Assembly: GCA_916050345.1 (NCBI GenBank)
Contig: CAJZKN010000005.1
Span: forward strand, 20,529-84,528
DNA length: 64,000 nt
Direction: 5' to 3'
Origin: Haemophilus parainfluenzae
GTDB taxonomy: Bacteria > Pseudomonadota > Gammaproteobacteria > Enterobacterales > Pasteurellaceae
The notes beneath the pieces are model-generated. The model saw nothing but the letters and a program-made list of their open reading frames with translations. It was not told the origin of the DNA and searched no databases. Shown here piece by piece: positions 20,362 to 32,160 of the stretch; within the stretch, counting starts at the first letter, position 1, and every line of letters starts with the position of its first letter. The position numbers and the translations under genes are program-made.

Positions 20362-22188
20362 ATGTTTGATTCCAAGAAGTTTCTCTCAGACGTTTCTCAT
20401 GAACCTGGTGTTTATCGTATGTATGACGATAAAGATCAGGTTATTTATGTGGGCAAAGCGAAAGATCTTAAAAAGCGACTTTCCAGCTATTTCCGCAAAA
20501 ACTTAAGCAGCAAAAAAACAGAAGCGTTGGTGTCGTCAATTCATCATATCGATACAACCATTACTTCTTCTGAAACTGAAGCGTTATTGCTTGAGCATAA
20601 TTTCATTAAGCTTTATCAGCCTCGTTATAACGTATTATTGCGAGATGATAAATCCTATCCTTTTATTTTACTGACGAAAGAACGTCATCCTCGTATTACT
20701 TCTTATCGCGGAACGAAAAAAATTGCAGGCGAATATTTTGGCCCTTATCCTCATGCCGGTGCAGTGCGTGAAACTTTGTCGTTAATGCAAAAATTGTTCC
20801 CTGTTCGTCAATGTGAAAATTCGGTTTATAACAATCGTTCCCGCCCTTGTTTGCAATATCAAATCGGGCGTTGCTCAGCACCTTGTGTGCCAGGTTATGT
20901 GACCGATGAAGAATATAACCAACAAGTTGAATTAGCACGACTATTTTTACAAGGAAAAGATCAGCAAGTATTAGATTACCTGATTGGCAAAATGGAGCAG
21001 GCTAGCCGAGACTTAGATTTTGAAGGGGCAGCACGTTATCGCGATCAAATTCAAGCGGTTCGTGCAGTTATCGAAAAACAATTCGTATCCAATGAGCGTT
21101 TGGACGACATGGATATTATGTCTATTGCGTATCAACATGGTTTAGCTTGTGTTCAGGTGATGTTTATTCGTCAAGGTAAAGTATTGGGCAACCGCAGTTA
21201 TTTTCCTAAAGTGCCGGCTAATACAGATTTATCTGAACTCACAGCCACTTTTGTTGGGCAGTTTTATTTGCAAGGTCATCAGGGCAGAAGTATTCCTAAT
21301 AGTATTATTGTGGATCATAAATTAGATGAAAAAGCTGAGCTTGAAGCCTTGTTAACTGAACAAGCCGGTCGAAAAGTGGTGATACAAGAATCCGCTAAAG
21401 GCGATAAAGGTAAATATCTACAACTAGCGCAAATTAATGCCAAAGCAGCTTTGGCAACGCAGCTCAAACAATCTTCTCGAATGCACGAACGTTATCAAGC
21501 GCTTTGCGAATTGCTCGATATGCCTGAAATTAAACGTATGGAATGTTTTGATATTAGCCATACGATGGGGAATCAAACCGTGGCATCTTGCGTGGTATTT
21601 AATCAAGAAGGCCCACTGAAATCAGATTATCGCCGTTTTAATATTGAAGGCATTACCGGTGGTGATGACTATGCCGCGATGGAGCAAGCCTTAAAGAAAC
21701 GTTACGACCGCGATCTTGATGAAGATAAAATCCCCGATATTATTTTTATTGATGGTGGTAAAGGGCAGCTTAATCGTGCCTTAGAGGTTTTTCATCACCT
21801 CAACGTAAAATGGGATAAAAATCGACCGCACTTAATTGGTGTGGCAAAAGGTGTGGATCGTCGAGCAGGACAAGAGGTGTTGATTATCAGCAAACAAGAT
21901 CGTGAAATCCATTTGCCAGATGATAGCCTTGCGCTGCATTTAATCCAACATATTCGAGATGAAAGCCATAATCATGCGATTAGCGGTCATCGTCAAAAAC
22001 GCCAAAAAGCCTTTACCCAAAGTGGATTGGAAACCATTGAAGGGGTAGGCGCCAAACGACGTCAAGCCTTGTTGAAATATTTAGGTGGATTGCAAGGTGT
22101 CAAAAATGCCACGTTGGATGAAATCGCCTCTGTACCCGGTATTTCTAAAGCGTTAGCAGAAAAGATTTTCGAGACCTTAAAAAGTTAG
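20362..22188 (+). CDS. uvrC: Excinuclease ABC subunit C
   Basis: 608 aa. GIY-YIG N-terminus (GVYRMYD...[12 protein letters not shown]), UvrBC motif, C-terminal HhH. Confidence 0.9.
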   Translation: MFDSKKFLSDVSHEPGVYRMYDDKDQVIYVGKAKDLKKRLSSYFRKNLSSKKTEALVSSIHHIDTTITSSETEALLLEHNFIKLYQPRYNVLLRDDKSYPFILLTKERHPRITSYRGTKKIAGEYFGPYPHAGAVRETLSLMQKLFPVRQCENSVYNNRSRPCLQYQIGRCSAPCVPGYVTDEEYNQQVELARLFLQGKDQQVLDYLIGKMEQASRDLDFEGAARYRDQIQAVRAVIEKQFVSNERLDDMDIMSIAYQHGLACVQVMFIRQGKVLGNRSYFPKVPANTDLSELTATFVGQFYLQGHQGRSIPNSIIVDHKLDEKAELEALLTEQAGRKVVIQESAKGDKGKYLQLAQINAKAALATQLKQSSRMHERYQALCELLDMPEIKRMECFDISHTMGNQTVASCVVFNQEGPLKSDYRRFNIEGITGGDDYAAMEQALKKRYDRDLDEDKIPDIIFIDGGKGQLNRALEVFHHLNVKWDKNRPHLIGVAKGVDRRAGQEVLIISKQDREIHLPDDSLALHLIQHIRDESHNHAISGHRQKRQKAFTQSGLETIEGVGAKRRQALLKYLGGLQGVKNATLDEIASVPGISKALAEKIFETLKS

Positions 22189-22256
22189 GAAAAATCTTGA
22201 TTTTCTACGCGAACTGTCTATGATTCAACCTTTCGGATTTTATATAGGAACATATT

Positions 22257-22976
22257 ATGTTTGAATGGCTTGTTGATCCCGAAGCATGGATTTCATTGCT
22301 TACTTTGACCGCACTTGAAATCGTCTTGGGTATCGATAACATTATTTTTATTAGTATTTTAGTGGGACGTTTACCCGCAAATCAACGCCAATCTGGTCGT
22401 ATTATCGGTCTTGGATTAGCGATGATTACCCGTATTTTACTTCTTGTTTCTCTTTCTTGGATGATGAAATTAACGGAACCACTATTCACTTTAGTCGGTC
22501 AGGAAATTTCAGGTCGCGATTTGATTTTATTCCTTGGAGGCTTATTCCTAATAGTGAAAAGTACAGGCGAAATCAAAGAAGCGATGCATCCTGAAGCACA
22601 TCATGAAGAAGAAACGAACAAGAAGAAAGTCAGTTACTTGGGCGTGTTAATCCAAATTGCTGTTTTAGATATTGTGTTTTCTTTAGACTCTGTGATTACG
22701 GCAGTAGGCATGGCAAACCACCTTCCAGTGATGATTTTGGCGATTATGCTTGCGGTTGGTGTCATGATGTTTGCGGCGAAACCAATTGGTGATTTTGTAG
22801 ATACTCATCCAACATTGAAGATTTTAGCCTTAGCCTTCTTAATTTTAGTGGGAGTAAGTTTAATTGCGGAAAGCTTAGATATTCATATTCCGAAAGGCTA
22901 CATTTACTTTGCCATGGGCTTCTCTGCAGTGGTGGAAATGCTCAACATTAAGATGCGAAAAACACTTGGACATTAA
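22257..22976 (+). CDS. TerC-family integral membrane protein
   Basis: 239 aa. Has the LEIVLGIDNIIFISIL TerC motif and a second repeat DIVFSLDSVITAVG. Confidence 0.7.
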   Translation: MFEWLVDPEAWISLLTLTALEIVLGIDNIIFISILVGRLPANQRQSGRIIGLGLAMITRILLLVSLSWMMKLTEPLFTLVGQEISGRDLILFLGGLFLIVKSTGEIKEAMHPEAHHEEETNKKKVSYLGVLIQIAVLDIVFSLDSVITAVGMANHLPVMILAIMLAVGVMMFAAKPIGDFVDTHPTLKILALAFLILVGVSLIAESLDIHIPKGYIYFAMGFSAVVEMLNIKMRKTLGH

Positions 22977-22983
22977 TCATATA

Positions 22984-23012
22984 AAAGGCGGAACAATATG
23001 TTCCGCCTTTTT
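22984..23012. terminator. Hairpin aaaggcggaacaatatgttccgccttt plus T-run; bidirectional
   Basis: Inverted repeat between convergent stops of the terC-family gene and hitC. Confidence 0.6.
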
Positions 23013-24064
23013 TAGTGATGATAGAAAACCCCTTTCCCGTATAAATACAGTGTGACGTGTTCTCCAATTTGGTAATTATTAATGAGATCTTCATTAAGAT
23101 TAAATTCATAACCGCCTACATCAATACAAAGATTAATGGCGCGTCCTCTCGATTCAATCTGTTTAATCTCACCTTTAAAAGACGCTGTCGGATCTTGGAT
23201 TTTTTTTGCAAGAGAGAATTGCTCAGGGCGGAATAAAACCTTCCCTTGCGTATGACCATTTCCTTTATTTTCTACAGCAACCTCACCTAATTGACAGGTC
23301 GCGATGGCATCATTTTTTAACGTTGCAGGGAAAATAATACTTTCTCCGATAAATGTTGCGATGGATAAATGTTGTGGTGACCAATACAGTATTTTAGGTG
23401 TCGCAATTTGGAGGATTCTTCCTTCTTGAATCACCGCAATTTTATCTGCATAACTGAGCGCTTCATCACGATCATGGGTCACAAATATAGCGGATGAGCC
23501 ACTTTCTCTTAATACTTGCAACATATCGTAACGAATTTGATTTCTAAGATGCTCATCTAACGCACTAAATGGCTCATCAAACAAGATTAATTCAGGGCTT
23601 GGTGCAAGCGCTCGAGCAAGTGCAACACGCTGTTGTTGCCCGCCTGAAAGCTGATGAGGAAAACGATCAGCTAAGCTGCTAATGCCGGTTAGTTTCATTA
23701 CTTCCAGTATGCGTTGTTTTTCCTCTTCGGTTTTTCCTTTACCATCGCCTAAGCCATAAGCAATGTTGCGGTAAACATTTAAATGCGGAAATAACACGCC
23801 TTCTTGTACCACATAGCCTAATTTGCGTTGTTGGGTTGGCACATTGATATTGTCGTTAAAAATAGGTTGATTTTTTAACCAAATCTCACCGCTTGTTGGT
23901 TGTTCAAAACCAGCAATGCTACGCAATAAGGTGGTTTTCCCACAACCGGATGCACCAAGAAGAAATAGGATTTCACCTTTCTCTAATTGTAGCGAGATAT
24001 TGTGTAAAACCTGTTGCCCATTAAAGGATTTATTCAAATTTTTAATATCGAGTAATGTTGTCAT
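23012..24064 (-). CDS. hitC: Ferric iron ABC transporter ATP-binding protein (FbpC/HitC)
   Basis: 350 aa. Walker [23 protein letters not shown], and a C-terminal TOBE domain. Last gene of the hitABC order. Confidence 0.8.
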   Translation of the reverse strand: MTTLLDIKNLNKSFNGQQVLHNISLQLEKGEILFLLGASGCGKTTLLRSIAGFEQPTSGEIWLKNQPIFNDNINVPTQQRKLGYVVQEGVLFPHLNVYRNIAYGLGDGKGKTEEEKQRILEVMKLTGISSLADRFPHQLSGGQQQRVALARALAPSPELILFDEPFSALDEHLRNQIRYDMLQVLRESGSSAIFVTHDRDEALSYADKIAVIQEGRILQIATPKILYWSPQHLSIATFIGESIIFPATLKNDAIATCQLGEVAVENKGNGHTQGKVLFRPEQFSLAKKIQDPTASFKGEIKQIESRGRAINLCIDVGGYEFNLNEDLINNYQIGEHVTLYLYGKGVFYHH

Positions 24065-24077
24065 TTTTATCTTTTCG

Positions 24078-25598
24078 TTATTTAAAACCGTATCGTTTCA
24101 GTAAAAATACAGGAATCCCAGAAAATAGCACTAACATAATGGCATAAGGCGTGGCTGCCGCATATTGCGCATCGGATGTATATTCCCACACTGCGGTTGA
24201 AAGCGTTTTAATGTCATTTGGGGTCAGTAATAGGGTTGCGGTGAGCTCTTTCATTAAGTTTAAAAAAACTAAAGCAAAGGCGGCAGCAATCCCAGGTAAC
24301 ATAGCGGGGATGACTAAGGTACGGAAAATATAAAAGTTGCTACGCCCTAAGCTTTGCCCCACCTTTTCGATGTTATCAGACATCTGTTCAAGCGATCCTC
24401 GTAAGGTCGTTTGCGCCATTGGAAGATAAAGCATAAAGTAGGCGACCACAACCATCGCAAAGGTTTGATAAAGGGAATACGCATAGTTGATGGTAAAGAA
24501 AACCAACGATAATGCGATCACGAGCCCTGGTACGGCATGAAGTAGGTAAGGGATGCGATCAAGCCAAATCGTCAATTTACTGCGATAGCGTACTGCCGCC
24601 CATACTAATGGTAAGGCACAAATAACGGTAAGTGTTGCACCCAGTGTTGATATAGTCAGTGAGTTTGTAAAGGCGGTAAAAAACTCCCCAAAATCGACCG
24701 CACTTTCAATGGAATTTCCTACTTTTAGCCAATAAATCAGCATGGTAATCGGCACACCAATACTGAGCACAAAAATGGTTGTGAAAAAGCTTACGACTAA
24801 AATTTGTTTTCCAACAGAGAGCGTTTTCAATGGATAAGGGCGTATTACGCCTTTGCCACTTTGATAGAGTGTTTGCGTACCTCTAAAACGAATTTCGCCC
24901 ATCACCACAAGGATACAAATGACCATTAACACACCAGAAAGTAAAGCGGCGGTGTTGTTATTAAAGGCCATTTCATATTCTTGGAAAATGGCGGTAGTGA
25001 AAGTTTGGTAATTTAAAATGGATACCGCACCGAACTCCACTAACATATGAAGCGCAATTAATAATACGCTGCTACCGATGGCAGGTTTGAGTTGTGGAAA
25101 AATCGCATGCCAAAATGTGTAAGCCTGGCTTTTCGCTAGTGAAAGGCTCACTTCTTCTAAAGAGCGGTCGAGTCTTTTTAAGGTTGCCGCGACAGGAAGA
25201 TAAGCGAGTGGGAAAGAACTTAGCGTCATAATGCCGATAGTTCCCCACAAGCCTTCCACTCTAAAGGTGAGACTGATCCAGGTAAAACAGCTGACAAATG
25301 CAGGAATACAAAGGGGAAGCGTCATGGCAACTTGGAAAAAGCCTTTTCCCCAAAAGCGATAACGTTCTAACAAAAATGCGCATAGCGTACCGAGAATAAT
25401 GGCAAAAAGCGTGACAAATACCATTAAAAGTAGCGTATTACTAAGTAATTCCCACATTCTTGGGCGCCAAAGTAATTCAATGCTGCGATCTAATCCAACA
25501 TCTGCAGCTCGCTCAATAACATATAAAAAAGGGAGTAATAATGGCAAACTAATCAGCACGATTAAGGCAATAAGCCAGCGAGGTGGGCGATTAGACAC
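24078..25598 (-). CDS. hitB: Ferric iron ABC transporter permease (FbpB/HitB), two fused permease domains
   Basis: Two EAA-loop permease halves. GTG at 25598 (VSNRPPRW, preceded by aaagga) gives about 506 aa. The ORF track's longer ATG-initiated version would start only 12 bp after the hitA stop. Confidence 0.75.
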   Translation of the reverse strand: MSNRPPRWLIALIVLISLPLLLPFLYVIERAADVGLDRSIELLWRPRMWELLSNTLLLMVFVTLFAIILGTLCAFLLERYRFWGKGFFQVAMTLPLCIPAFVSCFTWISLTFRVEGLWGTIGIMTLSSFPLAYLPVAATLKRLDRSLEEVSLSLAKSQAYTFWHAIFPQLKPAIGSSVLLIALHMLVEFGAVSILNYQTFTTAIFQEYEMAFNNNTAALLSGVLMVICILVVMGEIRFRGTQTLYQSGKGVIRPYPLKTLSVGKQILVVSFFTTIFVLSIGVPITMLIYWLKVGNSIESAVDFGEFFTAFTNSLTISTLGATLTVICALPLVWAAVRYRSKLTIWLDRIPYLLHAVPGLVIALSLVFFTINYAYSLYQTFAMVVVAYFMLYLPMAQTTLRGSLEQMSDNIEKVGQSLGRSNFYIFRTLVIPAMLPGIAAAFALVFLNLMKELTATLLLTPNDIKTLSTAVWEYTSDAQYAAATPYAIMLVLFSGIPVFLLKRYGFK

Positions 25599-25682
25599 AG
25601 AAAAATCCTTTAAAAATATCAGTGTAGAGTAAATAGTAAAAGGGCGTGTATTACACGCCCTATATTGCATAGCAAATTAAAC

Positions 25683-26750
<1,068 letters not shown>

Positions 26751-26758
26751 TCAGAATA

Positions 26759-26777
26759 GATAATGCAAATAATTCTC
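26759..26777. promoter_or_regulatory. Candidate Fur box (gataatgcaaataattctc, about 15/19 to GATAATGATAATCATTATC) in the hitA promoter
   Basis: Lies about 80 bp upstream of the hitA start, in the hitA/gshF divergent intergenic region. Confidence 0.35.
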
Positions 26778-26886
26778 AGATATTTTTCTCTTATATCAAA
26801 ATTTCATATTTCATTCTATTTTCTTACTTCGCCCCACGTTGATTTTTCTCCATAATGTCTGGTAGAAATTTCTAATAAGGACAGAT

Positions 26887-29160
26887 ATGAATATTCAGCA
26901 AATCATTAAACAACATCATTTAGCGCTTTTATTCCAGCAAGGGTCGTTTGGGATTGAAAAGGAAAGTCAACGGGTGTATGCAGATGGTTCAATAGTGACA
27001 TCATCGCACCCCCAAGCCTTTGGTAATCGTCGTTTCCACCCTTACATTCAAACAGATTTTGCAGAAAGTCAATTGGAATTGGTGACTCCCCCAATGAAAA
27101 AGTTAGAGGATACACTACGTTGGCTTTCAGCCATTCATGAAGTGACTTTGCGTACATTACCAGAGGATGAATTTATTTTTCCTTTTAGTATGCCTGCAGG
27201 GTTACCGCTAGAAGAGCACATTAAGGTCGCACAATTAGATAATCAGGAAGATGTGGCTTATCGTGAGCATTTAGTCCAGTCTTACGGTAAATATAAGCAA
27301 ATGGTCAGCGGGATTCATTACAATTTTCAAATTGATCCTAAGTTTATTGATGCCTTATTTCATGCACAAAATGAAACACAAAGTGCGGTTGATTTTCAAA
27401 ATGATTTTTACCTAAAAATAGCAAAAAACTTCTTACGCTATCAATGGATTCTGCTTTATCTGTTTTCTGCGACACCGACGGTAGAGGAAAAATATTTCAG
27501 AGACAATACCCCCCTTAAACCGCATCAATATGTGCGGAGTTTACGTTCAGGGAAATATGGTTATGTGAATGATCCGAAGATCCATGTCTCTTATGACAAT
27601 TTGCAAGAGTATGTTGAGACGTTAGAACACTGGGTGAAATCGGGCGATTTGATTGCAGAAAAAGAATTTTACTCGAGTGTACGCTTGCGTGGGGCTAAAA
27701 AAGCACGAGATTTACTTGAAAAAGGAATTCAATATTTAGAATTTCGTTTGTTTGATCTCAATCCGTTTGCACCTTATGGAATGGAACTTGCTGATGCGAA
27801 ATTCATTCATTATTTTATTTTGTTAATGGCATGGCTTGATGATACCGCTGATCAAGAAGGCATAAAATTAGGCAAAGCACGTCTTGCTGAAGTGGCATGG
27901 GAAGATCCAAGAGAGCAAAGTGTTTATGCGGTAGAAGGCGAATTAGTCCTCCTTGAAATGCTCAAGATGCTTGAACAACTTAATGTGAGTGATGAGATAA
28001 AAACGATTGTTAAAGACAAATTAGGGCAATTTGCGGATCCAAGCCAAACGCTTTGTGCAAAAGTGGTCGCGGCAATTGAACAGGTCGGTAGTTATCAACA
28101 ATTAGGTGCTGATATCGCGCAATCCAATAAAGCAAAAGCCTTTGAACGTTTTTATGCATTAAGTGCGTTTGATAATATGGAGCTGTCCACACAGGCGTTA
28201 TTATTTGATGCAATTCAAAAAGGATTAAAGATTGAAATTTTAGATGAACGCGATCAATTTCTCAGTCTTCAATTTGGCGACCATTTGGAATATGTGAAAA
28301 ATGGTAATATGACTTCTCACGATAGTTATATTTCCCCGCTCATCATGGAAAATAAAGTGGTGACGAAGAAAGTGTTAGCGAAAGCTGGATTTAATGTACC
28401 GCAAAGCATCGAGTTTACCGATGTGAAAAGTGCGGTCGAAAATTTCCCACTTTTTGAAAATCGAGCCGTCGTGATTAAGCCAAAATCAACGAATTTTGGT
28501 TTGGGGATCAGTATTTTCCAACAAGGTGTAACGGATAGAGATGATTTTGCAAAAGCAGTAGAAATTGCTTTCCGTGAAGATAAAGAGATCATGGTTGAAG
28601 ATTATCTACTTGGCACCGAATACCGTTTCTTTGTGCTGGGTGATAAAACGTTAGCTGTCTTATTACGTGTTCCAGCAAATGTCATTGGAGATGGTGTACA
28701 TACCGTTGCTGAATTAGTGGCGGCTAAAAATGATCATCCTTTACGGGGCGATGGTAGTCGAACACCATTGAAAAAAATTGCATTAGGGGATATTGAGCAG
28801 TTGCAGCTTAAGGAACAAGGCTTAACCGTGGATTCTATTCCAGCGAAAGATCAACTTGTCCAATTACGTGCGAATTCCAATATTAGTACAGGCGGCGATT
28901 CTATTGATATGACGGATGAAATGCATGCCAGTTACAAAGAAATTGCGGTCGGGATTAGCAAGGCAATGGGGGCGGCAGTTTGTGGCGTAGATTTAATTAT
29001 TCCTGATTTGAAACAGCCGGCAGAACCGAGTTTACGTTCGTGGGGTGTGATTGAGGCAAACTTTAATCCTATGATGATGATGCATATTTTCCCATTTAGT
29101 GGACAATCTCGACGATTGACAATGAATGTGATTAAAATGCTTTTCCCAGAATTGCCTTAA
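26887..29160 (+). CDS. gshF: Bifunctional glutamate-cysteine ligase / glutathione synthetase (GshF, fused gshAB)
   Basis: 757 aa. The N-terminal half is gamma-GCS-like. The C-terminal about 300 aa is an ATP-grasp domain (KPKSTNFGLGI, EDYLLGTEYRFFVLG). Single uninterrupted ORF. Confidence 0.8.
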   Translation: MNIQQIIKQHHLALLFQQGSFGIEKESQRVYADGSIVTSSHPQAFGNRRFHPYIQTDFAESQLELVTPPMKKLEDTLRWLSAIHEVTLRTLPEDEFIFPFSMPAGLPLEEHIKVAQLDNQEDVAYREHLVQSYGKYKQMVSGIHYNFQIDPKFIDALFHAQNETQSAVDFQNDFYLKIAKNFLRYQWILLYLFSATPTVEEKYFRDNTPLKPHQYVRSLRSGKYGYVNDPKIHVSYDNLQEYVETLEHWVKSGDLIAEKEFYSSVRLRGAKKARDLLEKGIQYLEFRLFDLNPFAPYGMELADAKFIHYFILLMAWLDDTADQEGIKLGKARLAEVAWEDPREQSVYAVEGELVLLEMLKMLEQLNVSDEIKTIVKDKLGQFADPSQTLCAKVVAAIEQVGSYQQLGADIAQSNKAKAFERFYALSAFDNMELSTQALLFDAIQKGLKIEILDERDQFLSLQFGDHLEYVKNGNMTSHDSYISPLIMENKVVTKKVLAKAGFNVPQSIEFTDVKSAVENFPLFENRAVVIKPKSTNFGLGISIFQQGVTDRDDFAKAVEIAFREDKEIMVEDYLLGTEYRFFVLGDKTLAVLLRVPANVIGDGVHTVAELVAAKNDHPLRGDGSRTPLKKIALGDIEQLQLKEQGLTVDSIPAKDQLVQLRANSNISTGGDSIDMTDEMHASYKEIAVGISKAMGAAVCGVDLIIPDLKQPAEPSLRSWGVIEANFNPMMMMHIFPFSGQSRRLTMNVIKMLFPELP

Positions 29161-29169
29161 TTTGGTTAT

Positions 29170-29199
29170 CGGGCTTCATCAGTTGGTGAAGCCCGTTTT
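29170..29199. terminator. Hairpin cgggcttcatcagttggtgaagcccg plus T-run after gshF
   Basis: Perfect 10-bp stem. Confidence 0.6.
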
Positions 29200-29222
29200 A
29201 CATTCATCGTAATTAGGCTAAA

Positions 29223-30347
29223 ATGGAAACAGTATTCACAATTCTAAAACGAAATTTAATGACAACTTTTACCTTAGAACCTCAAGAAAATGATCGTCTG
29301 CAATCCCTTTGCGGTGCATTCGATGAAAATATCAAACTGATTGAAAAAGAATTTAACCTCAATATTTCTCGCAATAACTTCACTTTTACTGTGAAATCAA
29401 ATGATGAAAATCCAAAATCTCACCATGAACAATTAATTGATCGTGCGGCTAAATTAATCCAAACATTATATGTGGAGACTGCACCAATTAAAGGGAAAGT
29501 GAAGGAACTTGATTTAGAAGATGTGCATATTGCCTTGCAAGAGAGCAGAATGTTATCGCAAGCGGGAAGTGAGTCATGTAGTGAAAATCACGTCTATAGC
29601 ACCACAATTAAAACCAAGCGTGGTTTGATTAAACCGCGTGGTGAAAATCAAATTCAATATTTACATAATATTCTTACGCACGATATTAGTTTTGGGATTG
29701 GCCCCGCTGGTACAGGGAAAACCTTCTTAGCCGTAGCAGCAGCTGTAGAGGCATTAGAACGTCAAGAAATTCGTCGCATTTTGCTGACTCGCCCCGCGGT
29801 GGAAGCGGGCGAAAAATTAGGTTTCCTGCCCGGTGATTTAGGTCAGAAAATTGAGCCTTATTTACGACCACTTTATGATGCGTTATTTGAAATGCTTGGC
29901 TTTGAACGTGTACAAAAATTGATGGAGCGTAATGTGATTGAAATCGCACCATTAGCTTATATGCGTGGTCGTACACTTAATGACAGCTTTATTATTTTAG
30001 ATGAAAGCCAAAATACGACGGTCGAACAAATGAAAATGTTTTTGACCCGTATTGGTTTTAATTCCAAAGCCGTAATTACAGGGGATGTGACCCAAATCGA
30101 TTTACCGCGCAGCACAAAATCGGGTTTACGCCACGCTATGGAAGTATTAAGCAAAGTATCGGAATTAAGCTTTAACTACTTTGAAAGTAAAGATATTGTA
30201 CGACATCCTGTGGTGGCAAAAGTGGTGCAAGCTTACGAAGAATGGGAAGCCCAAGATAAAATTCGCCGTCAAGAAATCGTAGCGCAGCGTCGAGCTGAAC
30301 GTGAACAAAAAGTGCGGTCAGAAAATGAAACGAATTTAGGAGAATAG
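29223..30347 (+). CDS. ybeZ: PhoH-like ATPase YbeZ (N-terminal KH domain plus PhoH P-loop domain)
   Basis: GPAGTGKT Walker A and ILDESQN. Conserved ybeZ-ybeY adjacency. Confidence 0.85.
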   Translation: METVFTILKRNLMTTFTLEPQENDRLQSLCGAFDENIKLIEKEFNLNISRNNFTFTVKSNDENPKSHHEQLIDRAAKLIQTLYVETAPIKGKVKELDLEDVHIALQESRMLSQAGSESCSENHVYSTTIKTKRGLIKPRGENQIQYLHNILTHDISFGIGPAGTGKTFLAVAAAVEALERQEIRRILLTRPAVEAGEKLGFLPGDLGQKIEPYLRPLYDALFEMLGFERVQKLMERNVIEIAPLAYMRGRTLNDSFIILDESQNTTVEQMKMFLTRIGFNSKAVITGDVTQIDLPRSTKSGLRHAMEVLSKVSELSFNYFESKDIVRHPVVAKVVQAYEEWEAQDKIRRQEIVAQRRAEREQKVRSENETNLGE

Positions 30348-30348
30348 T

Positions 30349-30813
30349 ATGGGCAATATGATTATCGATTTACAACTGGCCTGTGAAAATACAGAAGGCT
30401 TGCCATCAGAAGCGCAAATTCTGCAATGGGCAACCGCTGCAGTGCAACCAGAAAGTGATAATGTCGAAATGACGGTACGCATTGTGGATGAAGCGGAAAG
30501 TCATGACTTGAATTTGACTTATCGTGGTAAAGATCGTCCAACCAATGTATTGTCTTTCCCTTTTGAATGTCCTGACGAAGTGGAATTACCGCTGTTGGGC
30601 GATTTGGTGATTTGTCGCCAGGTAGTAGAACGCGAAGCTATCGAGCAAGAAAAGCCTTTAATGGCACATTGGGCGCATATGATTGTGCATGGCAGCTTAC
30701 ATTTGTTGGGGTACGATCACATTGAAGATGATGAAGCCGAAGAAATGGAAAGTTTAGAAACTGAAATTATGCAGAGTTTAGGTTTTGCAGATCCTTACCT
30801 TTCCGAAAAATAA
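30349..30813 (+). CDS. ybeY: Endoribonuclease YbeY (16S rRNA 3'-end maturation)
   Basis: 154 aa. Has the [11 protein letters not shown] metal-binding motif. Start 2 bp after the ybeZ stop. Confidence 0.9.
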   Translation: MGNMIIDLQLACENTEGLPSEAQILQWATAAVQPESDNVEMTVRIVDEAESHDLNLTYRGKDRPTNVLSFPFECPDEVELPLLGDLVICRQVVEREAIEQEKPLMAHWAHMIVHGSLHLLGYDHIEDDEAEEMESLETEIMQSLGFADPYLSEK

Positions 30814-30831
30814 TGACGATTTGGAGCAATT

Positions 30832-31617
30832 ATGTATAAAGCCGTATTCAGCGATTTTGATGGTACCTTATTAACTTCGGATCATCGAATTTCGCCTAAA
30901 ACCTTAGATGCACTTCAACGCATTACAAAACAAGGTATTCCATTTACACCAATCTCTGCTCGTTCACCGCTGGGTATTTGGCCTTATGCGAAACTCATTG
31001 AAAATTACAACATCATTGTGGCATTCAGTGGTGCCTTGATTTTAGATAAAAACGCCACGCCTATTTATTCGGTACAAATAGATCCAGCTGATATCCAAGC
31101 CATTAACCAAGTATTAGCAGATCATCCTGCACTAGGTGTCAATTATTATACTTATGATGATTGTGTCGCTCGTGATTTGGATAATAAATGGGTAATTTAC
31201 GAACGTAGCGTAACAGGCATTCAGATTGATCCTTATGATGAAAGTGCGATCTATTCTCCACATAAAATTCAAATCATTGGTGAAACGGATGAAGTGATTG
31301 GTATTGAGCAAATCTTGAAAGAGAAATTCCCACATTTAAGTATCTGCCGTTCTCATGCGAATTTCCTTGAAGTGATGCATAAATCGGCGACAAAAGGTAA
31401 TGCGGTACGTTTTCTTGAAGATTATTTTCATGTGAAGATGGAAGAATGTGTCGCTTTCGGCGATAACTTTAACGATTTAGATATGCTAGAAAGCGTGGGA
31501 TTAGGCGTTGCAATGGGCAATGCGCCGGATGAGATTAAACAGGCCGCCAATCGAGTCACTGCTTCGCATAATGATGATGGGATTGCATTGATATTGAATG
31601 AGATTTTCCCTGAATAA
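30832..31617 (+). CDS. Cof-type HAD-IIB family phosphatase
   Basis: 261 aa. DFDGTLL motif I and C-terminal GDNFNDLDML motif. Confidence 0.75.
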   Translation: MYKAVFSDFDGTLLTSDHRISPKTLDALQRITKQGIPFTPISARSPLGIWPYAKLIENYNIIVAFSGALILDKNATPIYSVQIDPADIQAINQVLADHPALGVNYYTYDDCVARDLDNKWVIYERSVTGIQIDPYDESAIYSPHKIQIIGETDEVIGIEQILKEKFPHLSICRSHANFLEVMHKSATKGNAVRFLEDYFHVKMEECVAFGDNFNDLDMLESVGLGVAMGNAPDEIKQAANRVTASHNDDGIALILNEIFPE

Positions 31618-31620
31618 ATA

Positions 31621-31649
31621 AAAAGGCGCTTTTTATGAAAAAGCGCCTT
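31621..31649. terminator. Hairpin aaaaggcgcttttt...aaaagcgcctt; bidirectional between the HAD hydrolase gene and tpx
   Basis: Inverted repeat between convergent stops. Confidence 0.6.
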
Positions 31650-31654
31650 ATTCA

Positions 31655-32152
31655 TTATAGTGTGGCTAACGCAGCTTCATAATTTGGCTCATCTTTAATT
31701 TCAGACACCAATTCACTATGTAACACATTATTGTTTTCATCTAAGACAATCACTGAACGAGCAGTCAAGCCCGCGATTGGACCAGTTGTGATGTTTACCC
31801 CTAAGTTTTCATGGACTTCTTTATGACGGAAAGTAGAAAGCGTTTCTACGTTCTCAATACCTTCCGCACCGCAGAATCGTGCTTGTGCAAAAGGTAAATC
31901 AGCTGAAATGCAAAGTACCACAGCATTTTTTAAATTAGCTGCTTGTTGATTGAATTTGCGAACAGAAGTTGCACATACATCTGTATCAATACTTGGGAAA
32001 ATATTTAAAACTTTGCGTTTTCCTGCATAAGTATCAAGCGTGACGTCAGCGAGTTCTTTATTGGTGAGCATAAGTGCGGTCACTTTCTCTCCTTTTTGGG
32101 GAAAGTTGCCGCTTACTTCAATGGGATTACCCATCATTGTTACTTGAGTCAT
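31655..32152 (-). CDS. tpx: Thiol peroxidase (atypical 2-Cys peroxiredoxin Tpx)
   Basis: 165 aa. Peroxidatic Cys in [10 protein letters not shown] and resolving Cys in [19 protein letters not shown]. Confidence 0.9.
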   Translation of the reverse strand: MTQVTMMGNPIEVSGNFPQKGEKVTALMLTNKELADVTLDTYAGKRKVLNIFPSIDTDVCATSVRKFNQQAANLKNAVVLCISADLPFAQARFCGAEGIENVETLSTFRHKEVHENLGVNITTGPIAGLTARSVIVLDENNNVLHSELVSEIKDEPNYEAALATL

Positions 32153-32160
32153 AAAAGCTC

